Shown: in pieces, positions 18,429 through 28,149 of the stretch
Layout: each line of letters begins with the position of its first letter
Numbering within the stretch: the stretch's first letter is position 1
NCBI RefSeq assembly: GCF_002803295.2
Contig: NZ_PGGB02000007.1
Coordinates: 41,366 to 73,365 of the forward strand
Origin: Caedibacter taeniospiralis
GTDB taxonomy: Bacteria; Pseudomonadota; Gammaproteobacteria; Francisellales; Francisellaceae
DNA: 32,000 nt
Reading direction: 5' to 3'
Notes under the pieces: generated by a model
Seen by the model: only the letters and a program-made list of their open reading frames with translations
What the model was told of the DNA's origin: nothing
Database searches by the model: none
Position numbers and translations under genes: made by a program

Positions 18429-21400
18429 TCAACTATACGCGCAACCGACAGCAGCTTTGAAGCTCGCGTTATTATTGCTTAAACTTGACACGTCTGCAGA
18501 GCTCGTAAAGGTATAGTTTCCATCGACGTTAGCAACATCCAGGTCAAAGCTACAGCTTGAGTGTGCCGCGATTGTGGTGCCGCAGGTGTCATTACTGACG
18601 GTCAAATCACTACTTTGTCCTGAAGTATTAAGCGTCAGTCCCGTGACGTCAGTATCCCCTTTATTCTCCAAGGTAATGCTGTTGACAACCGCATCGGGGT
18701 TTAAAGCGGTGGTACGCTTGGGTAAATTCAAGGGGCTACTTGTTGTATTCAAACCAGAGCCTGTGCTTGCAGCTGAATAGGCAAGATAGCCTAAAGAAGA
18801 GTCGACACTAAAGTCTACAGGTAAACTATCGGCAGAAAGGTTCTTGTGTGCTCTTAAAGTTAGCGCATAGCTTGCTCGCATGCTTGTTTCATTAGTTTGA
18901 ATCCCAATAGTACAGCTTGCATTAGCGGCTACCGAAGTCCCTGTGAGACAACTTACGCCTGAGCTCGGTGCAACAATGGTCACGTTTGCCGTATCGCAGG
19001 TATCCAGTCCATTTGCCACACAGCTGATCACATAATCAGAGGAGGTAGTTGAAGGCTCCCATGCGGTTTGGGTGTTGGTGTTGGTAATACTCACATCGGT
19101 AACCTGATTGCCTGTCGCAGGACGTCTGATGCTACCAGCATCACCGATAGCGCCAGGCGTCACTGTCACCCCCGCGACATTAACCTGCATTTGTGTGTTG
19201 CCATCACAGTTGGCACAGTTTTCAGCATCCCCAAATGCCGCATAATGATAAGCGCCATCGGTAACTGAATTATCAGCAGAAACCTCAAAGCTGCAACTGC
19301 TCCCTGAGGCAAGCGTTGTTGGTGAGCTTTGACTACCACAATTGTTGTTAGCTGTAGTTAGTTCAGCAGGTTCAGTAAGATAGAAGTTAGTAATATCGGT
19401 GTTTCCTGAGTTATTTACCGTGACCGTTTGTACTATAGGATTCGAGCCCTTACCAATATTGGCGATTTGCGGCGCAAAGCTCACAAAGCCCATATTATCG
19501 ATTACATCAAAAATGACAGATTGGGCAGAAGCGAGGTTGGTTGCCTGGCGGATATTTAAAGCGTAACTGCCGACATTAGCAGAAGATTCTACCTGTAATC
19601 CTAAGGCGCATGTACCACCCGCGGAAACAACCCCACCTGCTAAGCAATAAGCTTGTGACAATCCCGTACCAACCATGGAGATTCCTGTGGTATCAGTACC
19701 TGTCAGTTGATAATCCTCGACATTGGTAGATGGGTGCCAGTCGAAGCCTGAGTTATTGGTAATCAATACTTCGGTAATACTATTCCCACTCATAGGCACG
19801 GAAATGGCAGCTACTGGCGCAATTGAAAGATTGACACCTGTCACAATGACGGGGATGGTATGAGAGACGGCTTGTGCACCCGAGGTTCCATCAGCACTGA
19901 TGATGAAATTGCCAGCACCCATGCCATCAGGCGCATTCACGCTAAAGCTGCAACTGGCATCTGGGACTAAGGTGCTACCCGTACAGCTGTCGTCTGTTTT
20001 TGTCAGTGGCGATGGGATATTAACAGCCACGCCACTAATAGGCGTCTGCCCAATATTGTTAAGCGTGATGGCTTGACTGCCACCAATTTGGAGGCTGGTG
20101 CTTGCAATTTGGGTACTCCCATCACTAAACTGAAATTTCCCGACAGCACCTTTGACAGAAAAGCTTTTAGTCTGCTGAGTCGTAAGATTTTGCGCAGGGG
20201 TAAGCGTTAGTGTGTAGTCACCAGGTGCTGTATTGATATTGGTTTCGATCGCTAAATCACAGCTTGCCCCAGGGACGACAGGAGTACCAGATAAACAGCT
20301 ACTGCCTAAGCTTGCGCCAAGCACTTCGATATTTTCTGCCGCTAGCGTTTGGTCCTCTGGGCTTATGAGATAATTTTCAGGGAGGTTGGAAGGTACCCAG
20401 TTGAATTTACCGGTATTACTAATGCTCACATGGATCACCTCTTGACCTGATTCAGGAACACGTAAGGCATCACTCGTACCAACAGTGCCAATGCTTATTT
20501 CGGCAGGAGCTACATTTACACTCGCCTGACTGATAAAGCTATTGCCAGCACTGTCGCTGTAATGAATGCTAAGCGACTTATTGCTTTGAGGTTGGGCGGT
20601 GGCATCGACGTGTAATATAATCGTGCAGCTATCGTTGGTCTCACCACTTGCAGCCAATTGATGACCATCGACACATGTGCCACCTAGCTGATGAACGTCA
20701 CTAGGCAAATCAAGCTGAATGCCTGGGGTTTCAATAGTCAGTACAGTATTGGCAAGATTCGTGAAGGTAAGCGTTTCAAAACCAGCAGGATCAGTTAAAG
20801 TGGCACTGCTATCTAGTTTTCCTGGTACGGCTGAAATCTCAATCGCTGGAGAAATTTTATTTCTTAAGTTCGCAGCAGTGACGCTTACTGTCTTAGAAAT
20901 CGGGTTATTGGTCAGCTCAGCATAATGCGCTAAGATGGCATCACTGATATTACTGCCTCCTGGAAGATCAAAGCTTATGACCGCTGATTGTCCAGGAGAT
21001 AAGTTTTCAGCACGACCGTCTTTACTGTAAAGAATGCTTCTTGAGCCATCTAAATTGTGTGTAAGCACGGCACTTTTTAGATTTTGCATACTATCGGCCA
21101 GCCAATCAGGCACTCTGATGCTCACGTTATTTAAAGCAACAGTGTTTTCCGCTGGGTTTAACAGGGTGATCGTCGTCGTGCTGTCAGGAGCAATTGCAGT
21201 GACGTTTGTGACTTCAGCCAATGGTAAGGCAGTGTTTCCAGCACCAACAAATTGGATTTTAACTGGTAGACTGATGGTTTGTGAGTTGGTTTTAACTTGA
21301 ATATTACCATCCACCTTCGCACCATCGCTGTTACTTTCAACCAAAGCCTTAATCGCGCAACTTGGTTGTGCTGATGATAAAGCCAGTCCTGCTTTACAGT

Positions 21401-21716
21401 CTGGTAAGCCTGTGGTGTTCTCAATTTGTGTCCACAAAACGCCGCTTGCGGCTGGAAAATCAATGGCACTGATTGTGCTGCCTGTTTCTCCCGCGCCAAG
21501 TGCCAATGCGGCGGCTTGACTGCCTGTATTCACGACAGCCTCAAAAACACCTGCTTGATTAGTAACCATTGTTTCAGGCAGGCTGCTGAAAGTACTTAGG
21601 TTGATTGGCTCGGAACTGCTTGAGTCTGAGGAGCTGCTGGAGCTACCTCCACAACCTGCGAGTAATCCCAAGAGACTTGCACTAGTTAATAGGGAAATAA
21701 GTTTACGTTTTTTCAT
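18429..21716 (-). CDS. Modular lipoprotein, one-super-module paralog of the 2639-aa protein (N-terminal part)
   Basis: 1095 aa. MKKRKLISLLTSASLLGLLAGCGGSSSSSSDSSSS carries a lipobox and Ser linker. Modules colinear with the 171..8090 product. Confidence 0.85.
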   Translation of the reverse strand: MKKRKLISLLTSASLLGLLAGCGGSSSSSSDSSSSEPINLSTFSSLPETMVTNQAGVFEAVVNTGSQAAALALGAGETGSTISAIDFPAASGVLWTQIENTTGLPDCKAGLALSSAQPSCAIKALVESNSDGAKVDGNIQVKTNSQTISLPVKIQFVGAGNTALPLAEVTNVTAIAPDSTTTITLLNPAENTVALNNVSIRVPDWLADSMQNLKSAVLTHNLDGSRSILYSKDGRAENLSPGQSAVISFDLPGGSNISDAILAHYAELTNNPISKTVSVTAANLRNKISPAIEISAVPGKLDSSATLTDPAGFETLTFTNLANTVLTIETPGIQLDLPSDVHQLGGTCVDGHQLAASGETNDSCTIILHVDATAQPQSNKSLSIHYSDSAGNSFISQASVNVAPAEISIGTVGTSDALRVPESGQEVIHVSISNTGKFNWVPSNLPENYLISPEDQTLAAENIEVLGASLGSSCLSGTPVVPGASCDLAIETNINTAPGDYTLTLTPAQNLTTQQTKSFSVKGAVGKFQFSDGSTQIASTSLQIGGSQAITLNNIGQTPISGVAVNIPSPLTKTDDSCTGSTLVPDASCSFSVNAPDGMGAGNFIISADGTSGAQAVSHTIPVIVTGVNLSIAPVAAISVPMSGNSITEVLITNNSGFDWHPSTNVEDYQLTGTDTTGISMVGTGLSQAYCLAGGVVSAGGTCALGLQVESSANVGSYALNIRQATNLASAQSVIFDVIDNMGFVSFAPQIANIGKGSNPIVQTVTVNNSGNTDITNFYLTEPAELTTANNNCGSQSSPTTLASGSSCSFEVSADNSVTDGAYHYAAFGDAENCANCDGNTQMQVNVAGVTVTPGAIGDAGSIRRPATGNQVTDVSITNTNTQTAWEPSTTSSDYVISCVANGLDTCDTANVTIVAPSSGVSCLTGTSVAANASCTIGIQTNETSMRASYALTLRAHKNLSADSLPVDFSVDSSLGYLAYSAASTGSGLNTTSSPLNLPKRTTALNPDAVVNSITLENKGDTDVTGLTLNTSGQSSDLTVSNDTCGTTIAAHSSCSFDLDVANVDGNYTFTSSADVSSLSNNNASFKAAVGCAYS

Positions 21717-21829
21717 GGTTTTCTCCTTTTTGGTTTATCTGGGGTGACAATTTAAATTACACTCTTTTATTGATCGTTTTTTGTCACAAGCACATAATAC
21801 GTACAGATAAACCGTTAAAAAAGTATATA

Positions 21830-21862
21830 TTTTGATCTACAGTGGTAATAATTACCATCATA
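21830..21862. promoter_or_regulatory. Conserved upstream element with palindrome TGGTAAT-A-ATTACCA
   Basis: TTTTGATCTACAGTGGTAATAATTACCATCATA, matching 8183..8215 at the same relative layout. Confidence 0.5.
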
Positions 21863-22107
21863 AGGATTAAGATAGTGCTTAGACAAAAATCTGGAAAACC
21901 ATTCAATTAAAAATTATGGTATGTGCTGCTGCGCTTGACATCCTTAATACCTAGTCACTACACTCAACGCCAGAGGTTAAAGTATATGACCTCGTCAGTT
22001 GTCCGAAACTCAGCTTTGCGTTATGTTTACGCTTGAAGCTGGCAATTATACATTGAAGGTTGTTGTGTTTTGGACGTTCATCGTAACCATATAGAAGGAT
22101 TTAAATA

Positions 22108-22599
22108 ATGAAAACTAGATCACTAATGATGCTCATTGCTATGAGCTTAAGCACCGCCGCGTTTGCTATAGAGAACCAAACGATCCCAAGAATGCAAGTA
22201 GGAATCAGTGTACCTGGAGATGTACTATATTCTTTTACGGTTAAAGGTTATTCCAGGTCATCTCCACCTATGGCAGTAGGTGCTCGACATTCATCTAGCG
22301 TTACTGTAGGAGCAGATCAGTTTCCCCTTAAAGCTAGTATTGTTAAAGATAAGATGCACTTAAGCGTTGACGGGACGATTGTTAATGGAGGAAAAGATAT
22401 GGGCTTTACTTTAAGTGAGGACACACTTGATTATAAGCTGTATCTAAAGTGCAATGCTGACTGGTTAAACTTAAACGCTGCTATGCCTGTGACATGCCCG
22501 ATCAAGCTTGACGGTGTTGCATCTGCTATTATTCAGGTTTGTCGTATCAATGACAGCACGTGTGATGGACAAATAAAACCTGCGCAACAAGGTATATAA
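22108..22599 (+). CDS. Small putative secreted protein, unknown function
   Basis: 163 aa. MKTRSLMMLIAMSLSTAAFA signal peptide, about 120-130 nt from the accA side. Preceded by AGAAGGA-type RBS. Confidence 0.7.
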   Translation: MKTRSLMMLIAMSLSTAAFAIENQTIPRMQVGISVPGDVLYSFTVKGYSRSSPPMAVGARHSSSVTVGADQFPLKASIVKDKMHLSVDGTIVNGGKDMGFTLSEDTLDYKLYLKCNADWLNLNAAMPVTCPIKLDGVASAIIQVCRINDSTCDGQIKPAQQGI

Positions 22600-22687
22600 G
22601 AACGTACAAACTCAGAGAGAACTTTAAATTTTGTAATCTCAAACCTCCTTTAGGAGAGAGCAAGGAATTCCTTACTGGCTTACACAT

Positions 22688-23635
22688 CTAACCTTCGAAT
22701 GCACCAAAAGACATAAGTTTCTCGTAACGCCTGGCTAAACGCTCTTCATTTGACAAGGCACTTAGCTCAGCTAATAAGCGCTGCAAAGCTAACTTGATTT
22801 CCTTGGCGGCTTCATTGATATTGCGATGCGCGCCACCTAATGGCTCTTTTATTACTTCGTCAATAATATTGTGTTCCTTGAGTCTTTTGGCAGTAATCCC
22901 CATAATTTCAGCGGCATCAGCCGCTTTTTCGGCTGTTTTCCACAAAATAGACGCACAGCCTTCAGGTGAAATAGTCGCAAAATAGCTGTACTCCAGCATC
23001 ACTAGCTTATCGCCAACCCCAATACCCAGAGCCCCTCCAGAGCAGCCTTCACCGATGACCACACAGATAATCGGCACATTTAATTTGGACATTTCCAGCA
23101 AATTCCTGGCGATTGCTTCACTTTGCCCACGCTCTTCAGCCTTAATCCCAGGATACGCTCCTGGGGTATCAATAAATGTGATCACTGGCACATTAAACTT
23201 CTCCGCCAGCTTCATGAGTCGAAGTGCCTTACGATACCCTTCAGGGTGCATCATGCCAAAGTTATGCCTCAACTTATCTTTGGTTTTTCGCCCCTTCTCC
23301 TGCCCAATAACCATAACAGGCTGCTCACCAAGCTTAGCCAAACCACCGATCACCGCTTTATCATCAGCAAAGGCACGGTCCCCATGCAAAGCTTGAAAGT
23401 CGGTAAATATCTTTTTTAACAAATCCAAAAAATAGGGTCGCTCAGGATGGCGAGCCAGCTGAATAATCTGCCAATCAGTTAATGAACTATAGATTTTCTT
23501 CATTAAATCAGCAGTCTTTAGCTGCAACTTTTGGATTTCATGCTGGACTTCTTCACTATGTGCATTTGACTTAGCCAGTGCTTCTATCTTTGCTTCTAAC
23601 TCAGCAATGGGTTTTTCAAATTCAAGAAATTGCAT
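22688..23635 (-). CDS. accA: Acetyl-CoA carboxylase carboxyltransferase subunit alpha
   Basis: [18 protein letters not shown]... and [38 protein letters not shown]...[15 protein letters not shown]. Start taken at the internal MQFLEF. Confidence 0.97.
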   Translation of the reverse strand: MQFLEFEKPIAELEAKIEALAKSNAHSEEVQHEIQKLQLKTADLMKKIYSSLTDWQIIQLARHPERPYFLDLLKKIFTDFQALHGDRAFADDKAVIGGLAKLGEQPVMVIGQEKGRKTKDKLRHNFGMMHPEGYRKALRLMKLAEKFNVPVITFIDTPGAYPGIKAEERGQSEAIARNLLEMSKLNVPIICVVIGEGCSGGALGIGVGDKLVMLEYSYFATISPEGCASILWKTAEKAADAAEIMGITAKRLKEHNIIDEVIKEPLGGAHRNINEAAKEIKLALQRLLAELSALSNEERLARRYEKLMSFGAFEG

Positions 23636-23648
23636 ATACTTTCCTATC

Positions 23649-24953
23649 CTAGTCAATTTGACGCTTACAATACGTTTCTTTAATCAAGAATGCAAACATA
23701 ATACTAATGATAAAGCCAATTAGCAAAATGCCCATACCAAAATCAAGCCCAGGTGCAGCCATGTCCTCCAAACCTTTTGACTGATTAAACCAGCTGGTAA
23801 GCATACCAAACAGAGGCATAGCAATAACACCACCCCACAACAGTGAGTTCATCGATACAATGCTCGTTGCAACGGCATTGTTTTTCATCGGATTAGTCTC
23901 GCCGACAAATGGGTAAGCTATGGCTTGCGCGCTTGTAACAAAACCAAGCAGGAAGAAGAGGACTGATAATTGAGTAACACTCACCGTGCAAAACATAATC
24001 GCAGAGATAATGACCACCGAGCCAATCCCACCCAAAATCAACGGTTGTTTACGCCGACACATTCGTTCTGTGAACCAGCCCCAAAATGGATAAGCAAAAA
24101 TCATCCCTAAGAAAATGTACCCTGTGATAGAGCGAGCTTCAAGTATACTTACGCCATGCGTTTTTATTAAATACGCATTTGACCACATTCCTCCTAACAT
24201 CCATGTACCAATATTGATTAAGCCAACGTAAATCCCCGCACACCAGTTTTGCGGTTTGGTTAATACCAGTTTTAATGTCTGTATAACCGATTCAGCTTTT
24301 AATGCCTCTGTTTGCACTTGACGAAACGCTATTAACTCTTTTGGGGTATCCTGTACCAAAAGAAAAATAAGCACCGCAAGGCAAGCACCAAACAAGGCAA
24401 TTACGTCCAAAGCATACTTTAAGCCTAAAAGATCAAGCAAGTAGCCAACGGGCGCCTGAGCCACATACCCCCCCAACATTCCGATCGCAATAATAATGCC
24501 AATCACGAAACCCAAGCGATAAGAGGGAAACCAGTTTGTGGCAATGCGCACACAACCAATCAAGCTAAAGCTGGCACCAACGCCCATTAATAAGCGCGAC
24601 GCGCCCATCACATAAATATTTGCTGTTAAGGTCATGACGAAAATACTTAGCGCACACACCAGTAATGCAATAGAGATGGCTAGCCGCGGTGAGAAACGAT
24701 CTAAAATATAAGCAGCAGGAGTTAAACAGGCAATATTCGTGTAAAAATATAGGCTTGCAATAAAGCTCACACCAACGTGTGTCAAATCAGGATATGCTAC
24801 TAAAATTGCTGGTGTTAACGTATTAAAGGCATTGCCTAAACCAAATTCAAAGAAAAAGAAGAAGGAAATTAAAATCACCACTGCCCAGGATTTTGCCAAG
24901 GACATTTGCGCGAGTTTCGTTTGATAAGATTCGGGGGTCATAGGCAGATCCAA
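23649..24953 (-). CDS. MFS family transporter
   Basis: 434 aa, about 12 hydrophobic segments, motif [34 protein letters not shown]. Confidence 0.88.
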   Translation of the reverse strand: MDLPMTPESYQTKLAQMSLAKSWAVVILISFFFFFEFGLGNAFNTLTPAILVAYPDLTHVGVSFIASLYFYTNIACLTPAAYILDRFSPRLAISIALLVCALSIFVMTLTANIYVMGASRLLMGVGASFSLIGCVRIATNWFPSYRLGFVIGIIIAIGMLGGYVAQAPVGYLLDLLGLKYALDVIALFGACLAVLIFLLVQDTPKELIAFRQVQTEALKAESVIQTLKLVLTKPQNWCAGIYVGLINIGTWMLGGMWSNAYLIKTHGVSILEARSITGYIFLGMIFAYPFWGWFTERMCRRKQPLILGGIGSVVIISAIMFCTVSVTQLSVLFFLLGFVTSAQAIAYPFVGETNPMKNNAVATSIVSMNSLLWGGVIAMPLFGMLTSWFNQSKGLEDMAAPGLDFGMGILLIGFIISIMFAFLIKETYCKRQID

Positions 24954-25054
24954 ATAGTCAGCTTTGTTCTTTTGAGGATGGTAAATATAACAAAAAAATA
25001 ATTTTTTTACAGTTTCATTTTACGGCAGTGACTATATTTCCGCACATTACCTAA

Positions 25055-25130
25055 GTGTGAGTTGTCAGTGTGACGGACACTGATTACTCACACCGACACA
25101 CTTGGGCAAATTATTTGCACAAGCCCATTT
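25055..25130. repeat. Dispersed intergenic repeat, copy 2, with long imperfect inverted repeat
   Basis: GTGTGAGTTGTCAGTGT-gacgg-ACACTGATTACTCACAC forms a 17-bp stem with 2 mismatches (25055..25093). The rest matches copy 1 through CACAAGCCCATT. Confidence 0.7.
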
Positions 25131-26596
25131 TACTCACATCCTCCTACCGTAATTTCATCGATTTTTAAACTGGCTTGCCCCACACCTACAGGGACAGATT
25201 GTCCCTCCTTGCCACACACGCCAACGCCTTTATCCAAGGCAAAGTCGCTGCCGATCATTGAAATTTTTTGCATGATCTCAGGACCATGACCAATCAAAGA
25301 GGCACCCTTAACGGGATGCACAATTTTACCGTTTTTAATTAAATAAGCCTGATCCATGACAAATACAAATTGCCCTGAGGTGATATCAACCTGCCCCCCA
25401 TTGAAGTGGGTTGCATAAATGCCATGATCAATGCTCCTGATCATGTCTTCAAGCGCATCCTCACCTCCTAACATATACGTGTTTGTCATTCTTGGCAGAG
25501 GCAGGTGCGCATAGGATTGTCTTCTGCCATTGCCTGTGGGAGTAACTCCAAATGCTTTAGCTGAAATTCGATCATGAATATAGCCTTTTAAAATGCCCTT
25601 TTCGATCAACACTGTTTTTTGTGTTGGCGTGCCTTCATCATCAAAATTAAGTGAACCACGACGATTGGCAATACAGCCTTCATCCATCACTGTACACTTT
25701 TCTGAAGCCACTTTTTGCCCAATTTTTCCCGAAAAATGTGAACTTTGTTTGCGGTTAAAATCTCCTTCCAAGCCGTGTCCTACCGCTTCATGCAGTAAAA
25801 CTGCGGGCCAGCCAGAACCAAGTACCACTGGCATTTTTCCGCTAGGCGCGGGCTTCGCGATTAAATTTGTTTTTGCCCCTTGATAGGCTTCATCGACATA
25901 ACTTCGCCATAAATCCTGCTCGGTAAAATAGTGATAATCATAACGTCCTCCACCACCCGCGGAAAAGCTCTCACGCTTACCCTCTTCACACATGATAAGA
26001 CTCACATTCATTCTCACTAATGGGCGCACATCCATCACACAAAGCCCATCGGTATTTAAGATCAAAATCATCTCAATATTTGAGGCAAGCGCCACGCTGA
26101 CTTGCTCTATCTTTGAGTCCAACGATTTTGCGTAATGGTTGACTTGATGCAACAGTGCAATTTTATCTTCTGCAGGCATACTGCTTAGCGGGGAGTTTGA
26201 CAGGTAGTGTCTGATGGTATTGGGCGTTATCAGCCTTTCAATCTTATGCGAGTTGTTACTGTTTTTAAGTAAAAACAAAGAAGTTTTAATCAATTTCTCA
26301 ATCGTCTCTATCTGCAAGTCATCGGCATAGGCAACACCAGTTTCGCCATCAAATACCGCTCTGACCCCAATGCCTTGCTCAATTCCAAAACTGCCATGCT
26401 TGACAACGTTGTCCTCCAAAGCCCAACTCTCTGCCATGATTTTTTGCAAATACAAATCACCAAAATCAATGTGCTTTTGTGTAAATGTATTTAGCTGCGC
26501 TTTTAATTTTTCCAGACTCAGATTAAATGGCTGTAACAAATGTTCACTAATAATACGGTAATATTGATCTTGCATCTTATTCTCTAGGTTATTCAA
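25130..26596 (-). CDS. tldD: Metalloprotease TldD
   Basis: 488 aa with GWPAVLLHEAVGHGLEGDFNRK..FSGKIGQ (HExxxH) and typical C-terminal GQSVPVGVGQ. Start could be the internal ATG (MQDQYY) at 26575. Confidence 0.95.
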   Translation of the reverse strand: MNNLENKMQDQYYRIISEHLLQPFNLSLEKLKAQLNTFTQKHIDFGDLYLQKIMAESWALEDNVVKHGSFGIEQGIGVRAVFDGETGVAYADDLQIETIEKLIKTSLFLLKNSNNSHKIERLITPNTIRHYLSNSPLSSMPAEDKIALLHQVNHYAKSLDSKIEQVSVALASNIEMILILNTDGLCVMDVRPLVRMNVSLIMCEEGKRESFSAGGGGRYDYHYFTEQDLWRSYVDEAYQGAKTNLIAKPAPSGKMPVVLGSGWPAVLLHEAVGHGLEGDFNRKQSSHFSGKIGQKVASEKCTVMDEGCIANRRGSLNFDDEGTPTQKTVLIEKGILKGYIHDRISAKAFGVTPTGNGRRQSYAHLPLPRMTNTYMLGGEDALEDMIRSIDHGIYATHFNGGQVDITSGQFVFVMDQAYLIKNGKIVHPVKGASLIGHGPEIMQKISMIGSDFALDKGVGVCGKEGQSVPVGVGQASLKIDEITVGGCE

Positions 26597-27212
26597 AAAT
26601 ACTCACATCCCCACTGCCAACGCGAAGCACGGTTGCGGGAGTTTCTGTCATATCGACAACGGTTGTTGGTTCATAGCCGCAATAGTCAGATTCCAAAATA
26701 TAGTCAATCATCTGAGCACAAGGCTCATTGGCAAAGTCCTCACTATATACCAGCGCCGTGACCTCACCTGGCAAAATAAAGGTGGTACTTAACAATGGTT
26801 CGCCCAGCGCCTCACTAATCATGAGAGGCACAGGATGCTCTGGCACACGGATGCCGATGGTTTTTTTGCTTTTGTTAAGCATGAGTCCTGGCACTTTGCT
26901 GGTTGCAGATAAAATAAAGGTATAGCCCCCTGGGGTGGCTCGCTTTAACAAGCGATATGCCGTGTTATCCACCCTGGCATAATGGGCAATCTCTGATAAG
27001 TCACGACAGATCAGGGTAAAGTTATGCTTATCGTCCAGATCACGAATTTTCTTGATTTGCTGCAAGGGTTTTTTTAAACCCATTTTGCATCCCAAGGCAT
27101 AACCTGAGTCTGTCGGATAGGCAATGACCTTACCCTCTTTTAATGCCTGGACGATTTCAGTTAATAGCGCCTTATTTGATGAGTATGGATTTATTTCAAT
27201 ATATTGGCTCAT
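26589..27212 (-). CDS. yciO: YciO family (Sua5/YrdC/TsaC-like) protein
   Basis: VIAYPTDSGYALGCKMG...RDLDDKHNFTLICRDLSEIAHYARVDN...TPGGYTFIL matches YciO. Confidence 0.92.
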   Translation of the reverse strand: MSQYIEINPYSSNKALLTEIVQALKEGKVIAYPTDSGYALGCKMGLKKPLQQIKKIRDLDDKHNFTLICRDLSEIAHYARVDNTAYRLLKRATPGGYTFILSATSKVPGLMLNKSKKTIGIRVPEHPVPLMISEALGEPLLSTTFILPGEVTALVYSEDFANEPCAQMIDYILESDYCGYEPTTVVDMTETPATVLRVGSGDVSIFE

Positions 27213-27282
27213 GGCGCATTCTTACTTTATACTGTTGCGAAAATTTGTGCCAAGTGTACCACCAACCCTCCCTGGAGAGAAC

Positions 27283-27819
27283 ATGAAGAAACTGCTTTTT
27301 GACTTTTTCCCAATTATCATCTTTTTTGTGATCTATAAAATGTATGACATCTATATGGCGACGGTTGCTTTGATTATCGCCACAGCGATTCAGTTGACCT
27401 ACGAGGTAATCCGCTACAAAAAAGTTTCAATGATGCACGTCATTACGTTTGTACTTGTGCTTATCTTAGGTGGTGCAACAGTGTATTTCCATGATGAAGC
27501 ACTAATTAAATGGAAGGTTACCATTGTAAATTGGCTATTTGGGGTGATTTTTCTCTTCTCTACGTATCTTATGCAAAAACCGATTATTCAACGCTTAATG
27601 GAAGAAAATATCGAGCTTCCCCAAAAAATCTGGAAACGTTTAAATAATATCTGGGGCGTGTTTTTTCTGATCTTAGGAGCGATCAATCTTTTTGTGGCTT
27701 ACACCTTCTCAACGGATATCTGGGTAGACTTCAAACTCTTTGGCATGCTTGGACTCACCCTGGTGTTTGTAATTGCCCAAGGTGTTTTTCTCTCTAAGCA
27801 TATTGAGCATAAAAAATAA
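27283..27819 (+). CDS. yciB: Inner membrane septation protein A
   Basis: MKKLLFDFFPIIIFFVIYKMYDIYMAT..., GGAGAG RBS before ATG 27283, polytopic IspA/YciB family pattern. Confidence 0.92.
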   Translation: MKKLLFDFFPIIIFFVIYKMYDIYMATVALIIATAIQLTYEVIRYKKVSMMHVITFVLVLILGGATVYFHDEALIKWKVTIVNWLFGVIFLFSTYLMQKPIIQRLMEENIELPQKIWKRLNNIWGVFFLILGAINLFVAYTFSTDIWVDFKLFGMLGLTLVFVIAQGVFLSKHIEHKK

Positions 27820-27954
27820 TGTCCTGATTAACATCGACTCGGGGGAGGCGACTCGGCTAAAGACGCAGGGATAATTGTGTGCGTATTTTTATTGCCACAG
27901 CAGGCTTTTCCTATGCTAAACTTGGACGCAAAAAATTGCATTAAAGAGATCCTT

Positions 27955-28149
27955 ATGTCTATACAAAAAAACATCCAAATCATCCAAGTACCACATGGTC
28001 AGCGCATCTGCTGCCCTATTCCAGAACAAGCCTCGTGGAATCAGCATCCACGTGTGTATATAGACCTAAACGACAACGATGAAGGGGTATGCCCTTACTG
28101 CAGCACACGCTTTGTTAGCAGAAAAAATTTCCCAGGATCACATGAATAA
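27955..28149 (+). CDS. Small zinc-finger domain protein (zf-CHCC type)
   Basis: RVYIDLNDNDEGVCPYCSTRFV, downstream start ATG 27955. Confidence 0.8.
   Translation: MSIQKNIQIIQVPHGQRICCPIPEQASWNQHPRVYIDLNDNDEGVCPYCSTRFVSRKNFPGSHE

Noticed and set aside
22662-22673. AAGGAATTCCTT 12-bp palindrome between the 163-aa gene and accA
   Set aside because: No loop or T-tract, single occurrence noticed, no functional argument.
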